64,000 bases of DNA from an uncultured Acidobacteriota bacterium (GTDB taxonomy: Bacteria; Acidobacteriota; Vicinamibacteria; Vicinamibacterales; 2-12-FULL-66-21): NCBI GenBank assembly GCA_963836665.1, contig CAWIKL010000001.1:1999818-2063817 (forward strand), written 5' to 3'. Numbering within the stretch: position 1 is the stretch's first letter; every line of letters starts with the position of its first letter. Of the stretch, positions 28,025-37,529 are shown one piece after another. A program made the position numbers and the translations under genes. The notes under the pieces were generated by a model that saw nothing but the letters and a program-made list of their open reading frames with translations, searched no databases and was not told where the DNA came from.

Positions 28025-29221
28025 CTAGCCGCCCTTGCGGATCTGCGCGACCTGGTCGAGCACGTTCTGGGGCCGCCGCGCGGCGAACGTGCGCAGGAAC
28101 GCCACGGCGTCGTCCCACTGCTGGTTGTCGAACTGCTTCTTGGTATCGCTGCGCGCGGCGTCGACAATTTGCGCCGCCAGGCGCTCGATCTCGAGCGCCA
28201 TGAAGTCGTCGGCGCGCGCGGCCTGGGCGCACTGCTCGAGGGTGAGCAGGAACGTTTCGCGCAGGTCCGGGTAGGTCAGGGCGCGGCGGAACAGCACGTT
28301 GTCGTCGGTCGTGCGGATCGGGCTGTCGTAGAAGAGGAAGGCGTTGTCCTTGTCCCAGACGAACAAGCGGTGCCGGGTCGTTCCCTGATCGCGATAGAGG
28401 TAGAAGTTGTTCATGCCGGCAAAGCCCAGGATGCCGTCGTTTTCTGCGATATACATCTCGATCGCCACGTGGGTCACGAACTGGGTGAGATCGAGGTACT
28501 GTTCGACGCGCGGGCGCCAGACGTTGTCGTCGGGACCGTTGACTTCGCGGAACAGGCTGACGATCGGGTCATAGAGGGTGCTGTCGGCGTCGAGCAGGTG
28601 GTTGCGCGGTTCGAATTTCGGCTTGTAAGCGGCGATGCTGCCGAGATCCTCGGCGTGCCAGATACCGTCGGCCGACCAGTGATACTCGAACACCGTGCCG
28701 TCTTCCTCGCCGGTGACGCGCTTGGCGAACTTGCCGTCGATCTCCTCCGTGATGTTGTAGATGCCCTGGTATTCGTTGTTGATGTAGAGGCGGCAGAACG
28801 ACTCGCGCGGCGCCGGCAGCCCGATCTTTTCGAACATCTCGAAGGCGAGCTTCTCGCGGATCAGCGAGGGATCCTGCCAGATGTTGTCGAGGATGAGCGC
28901 TGACAGCCCGACGAAGGTCTGGCCCGTCGTGTAGCGATCGACCTCGACGCGGTAGCCCGGCTTGATCGGGTTGCGGCTACCCTGGCCGCGCGATCGGATG
29001 GAGACGTTGCGGACCTTGAGGTTACGCCAGGCGAGATCTGCCGGATAGTGGGTGTTCAAGTCGTAATGCGCGCGCAGCGCAGCGAGGTCGCGCGTGTTGA
29101 CGGTAAGACGCACCTCCTGCAGCGTGGTGCTATCGAAGAGGTCGGCGGCAGTCTGCGCCAGTGCCGGGCGCGACAGGACGAGCGCAGCCAGCAGACACGG
29201 AACGAGGCGGCGAACTCGCAT
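28025..29221 (-). CDS. CotH-family (atypical protein kinase fold) secreted protein (398 aa)
   Basis: Signal peptide MRVRRLVPCLLAALVLSRPALAQ. CotH-like stretches VRLTVNTRDL, IRSRGQGSRNPIKPGYRVE, LILDNIWQDPSLIREKLAFEMF and CRLYINNEYQGIYNITEEID. Confidence 0.75.
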   Translation of the reverse strand: MRVRRLVPCLLAALVLSRPALAQTAADLFDSTTLQEVRLTVNTRDLAALRAHYDLNTHYPADLAWRNLKVRNVSIRSRGQGSRNPIKPGYRVEVDRYTTGQTFVGLSALILDNIWQDPSLIREKLAFEMFEKIGLPAPRESFCRLYINNEYQGIYNITEEIDGKFAKRVTGEEDGTVFEYHWSADGIWHAEDLGSIAAYKPKFEPRNHLLDADSTLYDPIVSLFREVNGPDDNVWRPRVEQYLDLTQFVTHVAIEMYIAENDGILGFAGMNNFYLYRDQGTTRHRLFVWDKDNAFLFYDSPIRTTDDNVLFRRALTYPDLRETFLLTLEQCAQAARADDFMALEIERLAAQIVDAARSDTKKQFDNQQWDDAVAFLRTFAARRPQNVLDQVAQIRKGG

Positions 29222-29233
29222 GGTTTCGGCTCC

Positions 29234-30583
29234 TCAGAAGTAGACCTGGAAGCGAACGGCCTTGGTCGTGAACGTCGCCTGCGGCGGCAGCGGCCCCTGT
29301 GACGGATCGTCGAGCGTCTCGCGGATGAAGTTCGCCTGGATCTTGACGAAGCGATTGAGGTACCAGTTGACGCCAAAGGTCGCGACCTGGTCGCGGTTGG
29401 GCAGCACGACCTGGGCGCGCGGGCTGAGCGACGGCGCTTCACCGCCCGAGCCGCTCCTGAAATCAAGGCTCTCGATGCGCGCGCCCACTTCGATGGCGCC
29501 GGCGCCCCCCTGGAGGAACGGTTTCTTCGGCCGATCGACCCGCGACTTCTTCTCGCCGGTGATGGCGTAGGTGCCACTGACGTACCACCCTTGGCCGATG
29601 AGCGGCGCCAGGTCGGTGTTGTCGACGCTCTCGCCCAGCCGCTCGGTCTCGACACGCATCCACTCCGCCTTGACCGACGCCGGCCCTGGACGCACCTGGA
29701 ACTCGACGCCGGTACGCCAACGCTTGCCGTTGACGATGTAGTCGGAGGCAGAGAAAAACTTCTGGTCGAAGACCATCAGGCCGCGCAGGCCGGCGACGCC
29801 TTCGGGAACGTCGCTGATCGTGAACGCCGCGCCGACGGAGAGATCGGTCTTGGCGTTCTTCACCGCGCGCATCGGTTCGTAGGTGGCCCGGGCGGCAATG
29901 GTCTGGCCGCCGTAGACCTTGTCGGGGTTGTTGGTGCGCGCGTTCTTGCCGTCGTGGTTGAACACGCCGGCCTCGTAGTTGATCGTCTTGCCGACGACGC
30001 GCCCGTGCAGCATGACGCCGGTATCGCGCCCCGGCGCGAGGTGGGTCGCGGCCAGCGATCGGAACATGAAATCGAGATGCGTGGCGCCGGTGTTCTCGTC
30101 GAGGCTGAATGGCACCTTGAACTGGCCGCCTCGCACGCGGATCGCGTCGAACTGCTTGTAGTCGATCCACGCCGCGCGCAATGGATCGGTGCTGGTCAAC
30201 TCCGCGGTGAGTTCGTATTCCACCGCGTTGACGATCTCGCCGGACACGCCCAGCCGCTTCTTGCCGAGATCGACCGACGCCGCGTCTGCCGGCTTGTCCG
30301 GCGGGGCGTCCGATGTCTGCCACTCCGGCGTGAAGCGACCGCGGAAATCGAGGTGCGTGCCCTTGCCGAAGTGGATAGACGGGTGATCGTCGAGCTTGAA
30401 CTGTGGGTAGTCCTTGGCCTTCTTCTTTTTCTTGTCCTTGCTGTCTTCTTTCTTTCCGCTGCCCTTCTTCCCGTCGTCTTTTTGCTTCTTCCCAGCTTCG
30501 GCCGGCTGGTCTTCCATCATCTGCGCGGCGGTCGGCGCGGCAAGCTGCAGGAGGAGCAGGGCCGCGGGAAGGATCAATGACAT
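29234..30583 (-). CDS. phosphate-selective porin O/P family outer-membrane protein (449 aa)
   Basis: Signal peptide, a Lys-rich N-terminal segment (KKQKDDGKKGSGKKEDSKDKKKKKAKD), Porin_O_P-like GGQFKVPFSLDENTGATHLDFMFRSL, and a C-terminal ...RFQVYF. The start overlaps the upstream gene by 10 nt. Confidence 0.7.
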   Translation of the reverse strand: MSLILPAALLLLQLAAPTAAQMMEDQPAEAGKKQKDDGKKGSGKKEDSKDKKKKKAKDYPQFKLDDHPSIHFGKGTHLDFRGRFTPEWQTSDAPPDKPADAASVDLGKKRLGVSGEIVNAVEYELTAELTSTDPLRAAWIDYKQFDAIRVRGGQFKVPFSLDENTGATHLDFMFRSLAATHLAPGRDTGVMLHGRVVGKTINYEAGVFNHDGKNARTNNPDKVYGGQTIAARATYEPMRAVKNAKTDLSVGAAFTISDVPEGVAGLRGLMVFDQKFFSASDYIVNGKRWRTGVEFQVRPGPASVKAEWMRVETERLGESVDNTDLAPLIGQGWYVSGTYAITGEKKSRVDRPKKPFLQGGAGAIEVGARIESLDFRSGSGGEAPSLSPRAQVVLPNRDQVATFGVNWYLNRFVKIQANFIRETLDDPSQGPLPPQATFTTKAVRFQVYF

Positions 30584-31485
30584 GCGTCTGACCCCGTGTC
30601 TCTGAAGGCGCTGCCGGCGGCAGCAAAGTCCCAGGCATACGCGTTGTCGGTGAGAGTAAGGATAAAGATGCCGTAGGTGCTGGCGCGAACCTGACTATTG
30701 GGCTGAAGCGAGACCGGGGTATACAAATGCGCCCCGCCGGTGCCGATGATGAACTCGCGGATGCCAGCCGCCGACGCCTTGCCGTCGGGGTCCTGCGGCG
30801 CGAACCGCTCGTACTCATGGTCGTGCCCGTTGAGCACCACGTCGGCGTTGAACTCCGTCAGCGTCGTCCACAAGATCTTCGTGTCGGGCTGATTGCCGTC
30901 GGGTCCAGAACTGAAGAGGCCGCGATGCCAGTAAACGAGCGTGCAGGCAGTGCGGTTATTCGAGAGCTCGCTGCGCAGCCAGGCCAATTGCGCGGAGCCC
31001 GGGCCGAAGGCGATCTCGCTGTTCAGGGCAATGACGCGCCACGTACTCGCGGTGAAGGCGTAGTAGCCCTGACCGCGCGTACCGGCGAGATCGCCGAAGT
31101 AGTCAAAATACGGGTCGGCGGAATGCGCCGGATTCTCGTACTCGTGATTGCCGGGGACCGGCCGTGTGCGCGCCTTGTGACGGCCCCAGAAGGGGTCGTA
31201 ACAGTTGTGGAAGTCGGTCGCGCTACCGCCGGGATAGGCGAGATCGCCGACGGCCAGAATCAGGCCGCCAGGCAGATTATCGAGCAGCGCGCCCGTCTGC
31301 GACGTGCCGAAGCCGCATTCCCCGATGTCGCCGGCGGCGTAGAGCGTGATGCTCGAGCCGCCAATGCCTCCACCACCGCCGCCGCCACCGGACGGCGCGG
31401 AAGGCGTACTCCCGCTGCACCTGGCGAGCCCCGCCAGGAGAATGAAGACGCCCGCGGCCGACGCGACCGGCCCGCGCATGTGCAT
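30574..31485 (-). CDS. secreted calcineurin-like metallophosphoesterase (303 aa)
   Basis: Metal-ligand motifs GDIGECG, GDLAYPGG, GNHEY and NGHDHEYER. N-terminal signal followed by a poly-Gly linker (SGGGGGGGGIGG). Confidence 0.8.
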   Translation of the reverse strand: MHMRGPVASAAGVFILLAGLARCSGSTPSAPSGGGGGGGGIGGSSITLYAAGDIGECGFGTSQTGALLDNLPGGLILAVGDLAYPGGSATDFHNCYDPFWGRHKARTRPVPGNHEYENPAHSADPYFDYFGDLAGTRGQGYYAFTASTWRVIALNSEIAFGPGSAQLAWLRSELSNNRTACTLVYWHRGLFSSGPDGNQPDTKILWTTLTEFNADVVLNGHDHEYERFAPQDPDGKASAAGIREFIIGTGGAHLYTPVSLQPNSQVRASTYGIFILTLTDNAYAWDFAAAGSAFRDTGSDACH

Positions 31486-31504
31486 TGGTGCGGCGGATTA
31501 TCGC

Positions 31505-34500
31505 CTAACGGCCGCCTCCCGCTGCGGTGGTGGTGCGGGGCGTGCCCGCGGGGGGGCCGCCAAGATCGTTCCAGTTCAGCACGGCGTTGAAGACCATGTT
31601 GAATTCCGCGTGGTTCTGCCAGCGATAGATCGGGTTGTTCGAGAAGAGCACGACGCGCCCCTTCCCGCTGTAGCCGCCGGGAACGTCAATCGCGAACGGA
31701 CGGTTCGCGATCTCGTCGGCGCCGCGCATTAGGCCGCTGAGCACGTTGGCCTCACCGCCCGAATAACGAGCGAGCACCGCACCCTGGTCCGGCTGTCCGA
31801 CAGACATCAGTGGTCCGCCCAGGTATTTGATCGGCATCGTCTTGTCCGTGTAGCCGTAGAACACGGGGTGGTCGGGCTTGACGATCTCGGCGTTGACGAG
31901 CGGCCGCGGCGCGTAGAAATTTGCCGACGTCTGACCTGACGCGTCAACCGTGCGCGCGAAGCCGAGCTCAGTCGGGAACTGCACGGCCTGGTTGGTGCAG
32001 ATGAGCGTGCCGCCGGCGTCGAGGAACTTGGCGAACGCGTCCACCCCTTCCCCACCCATCCCTCCGGTGATGTCGGGCGACTCGCCGTACATGCCGAGAA
32101 ACTTGTACTTATCGGTCTTCATGTAGGGCACGGGGCGTGCGGCCGGCGGCGCGAAGACCGCCGCACGATTCGCCTGTTGTGCGGGCATCAGGATGACGTC
32201 GTAGTCGGCGCGCAGGTTCCCCTTTTTCACGCGCTCCTTGAAGATCAGGTCGTAGGGCACGCCGAACCGGTCAAAGGTCAAGCGATACCAGCCGATCTCC
32301 TGGGTGTTCGCCCACGACGAGTAAATGGCGATGCGCGGCACGTCGGCGTCGTGCATGGCCACGGTGGGGGCCTGGCTCAGCGCCACCGCGGTCAGCCCGA
32401 GCTGCTCGACCGCAGCCTTGACGGCCGCCATGACGGTCGCTAGGTCACCGCCCGGGGCGCCCGGCGCAATGACGAACGACCCGGCCGGAAATTCGACGCC
32501 GTCGGCAGTGAAGCTCTTGTCGGCGATCTTCATCGCCACGCTCTTCAGCTTGTAACGGAACGCGATCATGTTGTTCGAACCGTAGTGTGCGACCGCGATA
32601 CCGGCTGAGCCGCTGCCCGTGGTCTTACCCTTCGCCACCGCTTCCTTGACCGGCGTGACCGCCACGTCGAGGATGGCCTTGTCCTTGATTTCCTTCACGT
32701 CGACGCCCATCGCGAGACCCATCGTCCAGCCGCTGTCGTCGTAGGTCGTGAGGTTGGGATCGGGATAGTTCTGCCGCTCGAGCAAGTTCTTGGCGAGACG
32801 GCCGTAGGGCTGATCCCGTTTGATCACGTAGGAGCCGGCCGGGTAGGTTGCGTCGCCGATCTTGATCTCCGATTTTGCCTCGCCGATCTCGATCGCCTGC
32901 GCACGCAGGACGTTGACGAGCGCGGCAGCCCGCGTCATGTCCTTGGTGCTCGCGGGAATGACATAGCCGTAGGGCGGGTTCGTCTTGCCGTCGTCGATCG
33001 AGTGTTGTGTCTTCTTGTAGAAGTTCTCGATGACGATGTTGGGAATCATCGAGGTGAGCTGGAGTCCCGACAGCACGCCGGTCTCCATGTAGTTGGTGTT
33101 ATCACGGCGCGAGAAGTTGGCGAGCGCGTCGGGTGGAATCGGCAAGCCTCGATACCACTCGCGCGGCTGTCCGCCGCCGCGGCCCGTCGACGGCCCCGTC
33201 GCGCGTCCGGCGAACGCCACGGGTGCGGCCTCGCCGCCGGTCCCAGCCGCGGCTGCCGGGGCGCCCCCGCGCCCACGTCCACCGCCCCCGCCTCGTCCCT
33301 GCCCACGTCCACCCGCGGCGGCGTCGCCAGTCGCTGCACCCGAAGCACCACCGGCACCGGCACCTGCACCTGTACCTGCGGCATTCTCGGCACCTCTCGC
33401 ACCGCCGGCACCTCTCCCCGGCGCGCTTTCCCGCCCGGACTGCGTCTCATACATCCGCATCATGCCGTTGTGGTTGTAGGCCACCGATCCGAGATAGCCC
33501 GGCGACCAGCCATCCATGAAGGCGTGCGTGTAGACGCCGGGGATGCCGTACTTCGTCATCTGCTCCAGCTCGAAGTTCGAGAAGAACGGCAGCTCGGCGA
33601 AGAGAATCGGATCGAGGTTCGGGTTCTGCGGCGGACCGCCGCTATAGGTGTAGAGCAGCGGCTGCGCCTCGTGCAGGTCGTGCATGATCGGCGGATGCGC
33701 CGTGTAGTACCAGTCGACGAGGGCGTGCATCGAAACGTTCGACAGGTTGATGTCGCGGTTGTTGTCGTGAAAGACGTACTTGCCCCAATAGGGCAGACCA
33801 GCGCCACCGCGGCCGCCCGCGGGTGGTGCTCCGGCCGTGGGCGCTCCGCCCGCAGCAGGCGCCGGCGCGGAGTCCAGTTCGTCGAGCCCTTTGTAGAACC
33901 AGTCGACGTTGCGGTCGCGGCCGTCGGGATCGGCGACGGGGGTGATTGAAACAATGACGTTGTTGCGGATCTGCGTAATGAGCGGCGACGTCTCGGTGAC
34001 GATCCGGTAGGCCAGCTCCATCAGCATCTCGGACGGTCCTGTCTCGCCACTGTGCAGGCCGCCCATGAAGTGATAGTGCGGCTTGGTGGTGGCGATGAGC
34101 TGCTTGATCTGGTCCGGCGTGAGTCCGCGCGGATCGGCGATCTTCGCCAGGTTGTCGCGGTTCTTCTGCAGGTTCTTGATGTTGTCGTCGGAGCTGACCC
34201 AGACGACAACGAGATCGCGTCCCTCGTCCGACTTGCCGATCGTCTCGACTTTGACCCGGTTGGGCGCGGCGGCGGCGAGCGCGCGGTAATATTTCAGGAT
34301 CTCGGCGTAGTAGGTCAGCTTGTAGGGTGCGCCGATGTAGTAGCCGAGGACGTCCTTCGGCGTCGGGATGCCCTTGACGATCGGCAGATGGTCGACCAGT
34401 GGGCTTCCGCCGTACCACTTGCCGGTCCACTCCTTGACCGACTTCTCGAACTCGGCGTCCTGCTGCTGCGCGGGATCGCGGGTATCGGTAACCATCTGCT

Positions 34501-34558
34501 GCGCGGGCAGCGACGCGACTGCGACGAGCAGGCCTGCGCCCACCAGGAACTTCCTCAT
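31505..34558 (-). CDS. large secreted M14-family zinc carboxypeptidase-like protein (about 1017 aa)
   Basis: The ATG at 34558 is preceded by GGAGA. Signal peptide MRKFLVGAGLLVAVASLPAQQ. HxxE zinc motif in MGGLHSGETGPSEMLMELAYR. Long Gly/Ala/Arg low-complexity insert. The 120 upstream codons of the ORF are Arg/Ser junk. Confidence 0.75.
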   Translation of the reverse strand: MRKFLVGAGLLVAVASLPAQQMVTDTRDPAQQQDAEFEKSVKEWTGKWYGGSPLVDHLPIVKGIPTPKDVLGYYIGAPYKLTYYAEILKYYRALAAAAPNRVKVETIGKSDEGRDLVVVWVSSDDNIKNLQKNRDNLAKIADPRGLTPDQIKQLIATTKPHYHFMGGLHSGETGPSEMLMELAYRIVTETSPLITQIRNNVIVSITPVADPDGRDRNVDWFYKGLDELDSAPAPAAGGAPTAGAPPAGGRGGAGLPYWGKYVFHDNNRDINLSNVSMHALVDWYYTAHPPIMHDLHEAQPLLYTYSGGPPQNPNLDPILFAELPFFSNFELEQMTKYGIPGVYTHAFMDGWSPGYLGSVAYNHNGMMRMYETQSGRESAPGRGAGGARGAENAAGTGAGAGAGGASGAATGDAAAGGRGQGRGGGGGRGRGGAPAAAAGTGGEAAPVAFAGRATGPSTGRGGGQPREWYRGLPIPPDALANFSRRDNTNYMETGVLSGLQLTSMIPNIVIENFYKKTQHSIDDGKTNPPYGYVIPASTKDMTRAAALVNVLRAQAIEIGEAKSEIKIGDATYPAGSYVIKRDQPYGRLAKNLLERQNYPDPNLTTYDDSGWTMGLAMGVDVKEIKDKAILDVAVTPVKEAVAKGKTTGSGSAGIAVAHYGSNNMIAFRYKLKSVAMKIADKSFTADGVEFPAGSFVIAPGAPGGDLATVMAAVKAAVEQLGLTAVALSQAPTVAMHDADVPRIAIYSSWANTQEIGWYRLTFDRFGVPYDLIFKERVKKGNLRADYDVILMPAQQANRAAVFAPPAARPVPYMKTDKYKFLGMYGESPDITGGMGGEGVDAFAKFLDAGGTLICTNQAVQFPTELGFARTVDASGQTSANFYAPRPLVNAEIVKPDHPVFYGYTDKTMPIKYLGGPLMSVGQPDQGAVLARYSGGEANVLSGLMRGADEIANRPFAIDVPGGYSGKGRVVLFSNNPIYRWQNHAEFNMVFNAVLNWNDLGGPPAGTPRTTTAAGGGR

Positions 34559-34616
34559 ACCGGGGTTTCTCCTTGAGTGGCCGGATGATATCAGGCTATC
34601 AGCAGAAGGAGCGCGG

Positions 34617-35459
34617 TCATTTGATGCGGACGCTGGTCGTGAACCGCCGGTAATCGCTGTACTCGGCGTGGCCAGTGACGCGGTCGAAGATCGGGCCGAT
34701 CGACACGTCGAACCGCTCGTCCATCGACGCCGGCAGCCACATGTCGAGATCGTCCACGTGACGATAGACGACGTCGACGTAGCCCTGGCCGCGTTGCGCG
34801 CGCTGGCCGTGGCCGTCGATTGTCTCGACTTGCAGCCGGGTCCGAACGATGGTTCCGGCCTGGGGCTCGACCCAGATCGTCCCCGAGGAGGGGATCGACG
34901 CCATCGTTTCGGGTTCACGGATCAGGGTCGGACGCTCCGTCTCGCGATAGGCGATCTCCCAGGTCCCGTCGGCCGCAATCCTGCGCGCGGTGAACTTGAA
35001 GCGGCCGTGGTTCTCGGGCGTGAAGAAGAAGAGCACGGCCGTGGGCAGGTTGAAGTTCCGCTGGATCGCGCCGATGTTGTAGCGCGCGCTCTCGTCCGAG
35101 ACGCGGCGGGCTTCGTCGAGCCGTCCCTCCGATCCCATGAGCACACGGGTCAGGCGATCCTGGCGATCCGATACGCGCTGGCCATCGACTTCGAGCACGT
35201 CGCGGAACCCGAGCCAGCCGCGGATGGCACCGGCGTAGACAATGGCGAAATCGGATACGAGGGCGCGCCTGCCGCCGACGCTCATCCCCGATCCTTCCGA
35301 TGTCTGGTCGTAGCGTTCGGTGCACACGACAATCGACGCCTGCTCGCCGTAGCCGGCGACGTAGCGCTCGACGTGCTGCATCACCTCCTTGAGTGAGAGG
35401 GACGGCCGGGCCGGCGCGACCGACGCCAGGAGCGCGAGCGCGAGGGCGGGGAGGATCAT
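34617..35459 (-). CDS. hypothetical secreted protein (280 aa)
   Basis: Signal peptide MILPALALALLASVAPARP. GC3-rich. No family recognised. Confidence 0.6.
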   Translation of the reverse strand: MILPALALALLASVAPARPSLSLKEVMQHVERYVAGYGEQASIVVCTERYDQTSEGSGMSVGGRRALVSDFAIVYAGAIRGWLGFRDVLEVDGQRVSDRQDRLTRVLMGSEGRLDEARRVSDESARYNIGAIQRNFNLPTAVLFFFTPENHGRFKFTARRIAADGTWEIAYRETERPTLIREPETMASIPSSGTIWVEPQAGTIVRTRLQVETIDGHGQRAQRGQGYVDVVYRHVDDLDMWLPASMDERFDVSIGPIFDRVTGHAEYSDYRRFTTSVRIK

Positions 35460-35486
35460 GCGCGCCGCAGCACAGTCTTTTCTCGT

Positions 35487-36509
35487 CTACAGCGAACCTG
35501 CCAGAAGCGGTTCCATCGCGACCAGTTGCGCCCCGTTCTCGGTGCAGACGGCGTAGTGCACGTCGCTACCGCCGTAGAAGGTGACGCCGGCGTGCTCGCC
35601 GGTCGCGGCGAGGACGTAGAAATTGACGTTGAAGTTCGGATTGCCGTCCGGCTTCAGCAACCGCTTCCCGATCGTGTTGCCCTTGATCCGCTCGAGCGCC
35701 TCCATGCCGGCGTCCTTCGGGTGTGCGCCGCGGCGCATGGCCTCGACGATCAAATGCGATGACAGGTTGTAGAGATTGGCCTCCCCTCGCCCGGTCGATC
35801 CCGCGGCGCCGGCGGCGTTGTCAACGTAGAGGCCCGCGCCGAGAATCGGCGAGTCGCCGACGCGCCCGGGAGTCTTCCATGCCAGCCCGCTCGTGGTCGT
35901 GACGCCGCACACGTCTCCGCCGGCGTTGACGCCGTTGCAGTTGATCGTGCCGTAGACGTGGTTCCGGTTGATGAACCCATCGGCCACCATCTCCTCCGTC
36001 ACGCGCTGCACGGCCAGGTCGCGCGCGATCGGGTCCAGATCGTGGAGCGCGTCGGTACGGCGCTTCCATTCGATCCAGGCATGGCGCGAGGCGTCGGTGT
36101 TGAGATCGGGCAGGACCTCGAAGCCCACGGCGCGCGCAAAATCCTGCGCGCCCTTGCCGGCGAGGAGGTGATGATCGGTTTCTTGCATCACGCGGTAGGC
36201 CACCAGCGATGGCGTCTTCACGCCCTCGAGCGCGGCCACGCCGCCGGCGCGCTTGGTCGGACCGTGCATGCAGCACGAATCGAGCTGCACGACACCGTCG
36301 GCATTGGGCAGGCCGCCGTACCCGACGCTGTTGTCCAGTGGATCCAGCTCGACGATACTGACCCCGGCGACGAGCGCCTCGAGAACGTCGGTCCCCGCCG
36401 TGATCATCGCGAAGGCCGTCTCCAGGCACGTCTGGCTGCCGCCGTTTGTGTACTGGTGCCCATTTGCGGAGGAGATGACGACGGGCTTGGCGGTCCGGCG
36501 TGTGCTCAT
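35487..36509 (-). CDS. N4-(beta-N-acetylglucosaminyl)-L-asparaginase / isoaspartyl peptidase (Ntn-hydrolase asparaginase-2 family, 340 aa)
   Basis: Motif YGTINCNGVNAGGDVCGVTTTSGLAWKTPGRVGDSPILGAGLYVDN matches the glycosylasparaginase autoprocessing and active-site region. ATG at 36509. The rest of ORF 35487-37709 is antisense to the next gene. Confidence 0.85.
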   Translation of the reverse strand: MSTRRTAKPVVISSANGHQYTNGGSQTCLETAFAMITAGTDVLEALVAGVSIVELDPLDNSVGYGGLPNADGVVQLDSCCMHGPTKRAGGVAALEGVKTPSLVAYRVMQETDHHLLAGKGAQDFARAVGFEVLPDLNTDASRHAWIEWKRRTDALHDLDPIARDLAVQRVTEEMVADGFINRNHVYGTINCNGVNAGGDVCGVTTTSGLAWKTPGRVGDSPILGAGLYVDNAAGAAGSTGRGEANLYNLSSHLIVEAMRRGAHPKDAGMEALERIKGNTIGKRLLKPDGNPNFNVNFYVLAATGEHAGVTFYGGSDVHYAVCTENGAQLVAMEPLLAGSL

Positions 36510-36560
36510 GGACAATTCAGGTTTGCGGACCGAGCAGCGCAATTGTAGAGTACTCCTTTC

Positions 36561-37529
36561 ATGCCCCGAGGAATTTCCATCGAGACCATCCGTGACGCGG
36601 CACGGCACGTCTACGACGCCGCCGTGCGTACGCCGCTGGTCACGCTCGGGGAAGTCGTCCCGGGCGGCCCCGAAGTCTTTCTCAAGCTCGAGACGCTGCA
36701 GCCGATCGGCTCGTTCAAGATTCGTGGCGCCTACAACGCCGTGCGCAAGCTGACCAGCGAGCAGATGAAAGACGGCGTCTGGACCGTCAGCGCCGGCAAC
36801 GCCGCGCAGGGGGTGGCGCTCGCCGCGCGTAAGGTGGGCGTCCGCTGCAGCGTGATGGTGATGGACACGGCGCCGCAGGCCAAGCTGCGCAACATCGAGC
36901 GGCTCGGTGCGACGATCGTCAAGGCTACCTACGACGAGTGCTGGCACACCGTCGAGTCGCACCGATCCGAGCGCATGACCGGCCACTTCATCCATCCGTT
37001 CGACGACGACGATTTCATCAGCGGCAACGGCACGGCGGGGCTCGAGATCGTCGAGGACCTGCCCGACGTCGACGCGGTCGTCGCGGCGGTCGGCGGCGGC
37101 GGCCTGCTCGCCGGCATCGGCGTTGCTTTGCGGGCGCTCCGGCCGGAAACGAAAGTCTACGCCGCCGAGCCGAGCACCGCGGCGCCGCTGAAGCGTTCGA
37201 TGGAACGCGGCCGGGCCAGCTACTTCGACGAATGGACGGCCTCGTTCGTCGATGGCGCCGGCGGCAAGTCGGTGCTCGACACGATGTGGCCGCTGCTGCA
37301 CGAATACGTTGACGACTCGATCGTCGTCTCGCTCGACGAGGCGGCCGCCGCGATGCGGCTCACCGCCGAACGCGCCCGCGTCATCGCTGAGGGGGCCGGC
37401 GCGTGCGCCGTGGCGGCGGCGATTTCTCCGGCGATGGCCGCGCACGGCCACCGCCGCATCGTCGCCGTCGTATCCGGCGGCAACATCGACTTGTCGAAAT
37501 TCGCCCAGCTCGTGGGCGCCCACGCATGA
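36561..37529 (+). CDS. PLP-dependent serine/threonine dehydratase family enzyme (322 aa)
   Basis: PLP lysine motif GSFKIRGA and a glycine-rich loop VAAVGGGGLLAG. The stop overlaps the glgP start (ATGA). Confidence 0.8.
   Translation: MPRGISIETIRDAARHVYDAAVRTPLVTLGEVVPGGPEVFLKLETLQPIGSFKIRGAYNAVRKLTSEQMKDGVWTVSAGNAAQGVALAARKVGVRCSVMVMDTAPQAKLRNIERLGATIVKATYDECWHTVESHRSERMTGHFIHPFDDDDFISGNGTAGLEIVEDLPDVDAVVAAVGGGGLLAGIGVALRALRPETKVYAAEPSTAAPLKRSMERGRASYFDEWTASFVDGAGGKSVLDTMWPLLHEYVDDSIVVSLDEAAAAMRLTAERARVIAEGAGACAVAAAISPAMAAHGHRRIVAVVSGGNIDLSKFAQLVGAHA

Noticed and set aside
31486-31504. A Pho box or other phosphate-regulatory site upstream of the phosphoesterase/porin/CotH cluster.
   Set aside because: The gap to the upstream gene is only 19 nt, and no CTGTCAT-like direct repeats were seen there or within the 3' end of the M14 gene.
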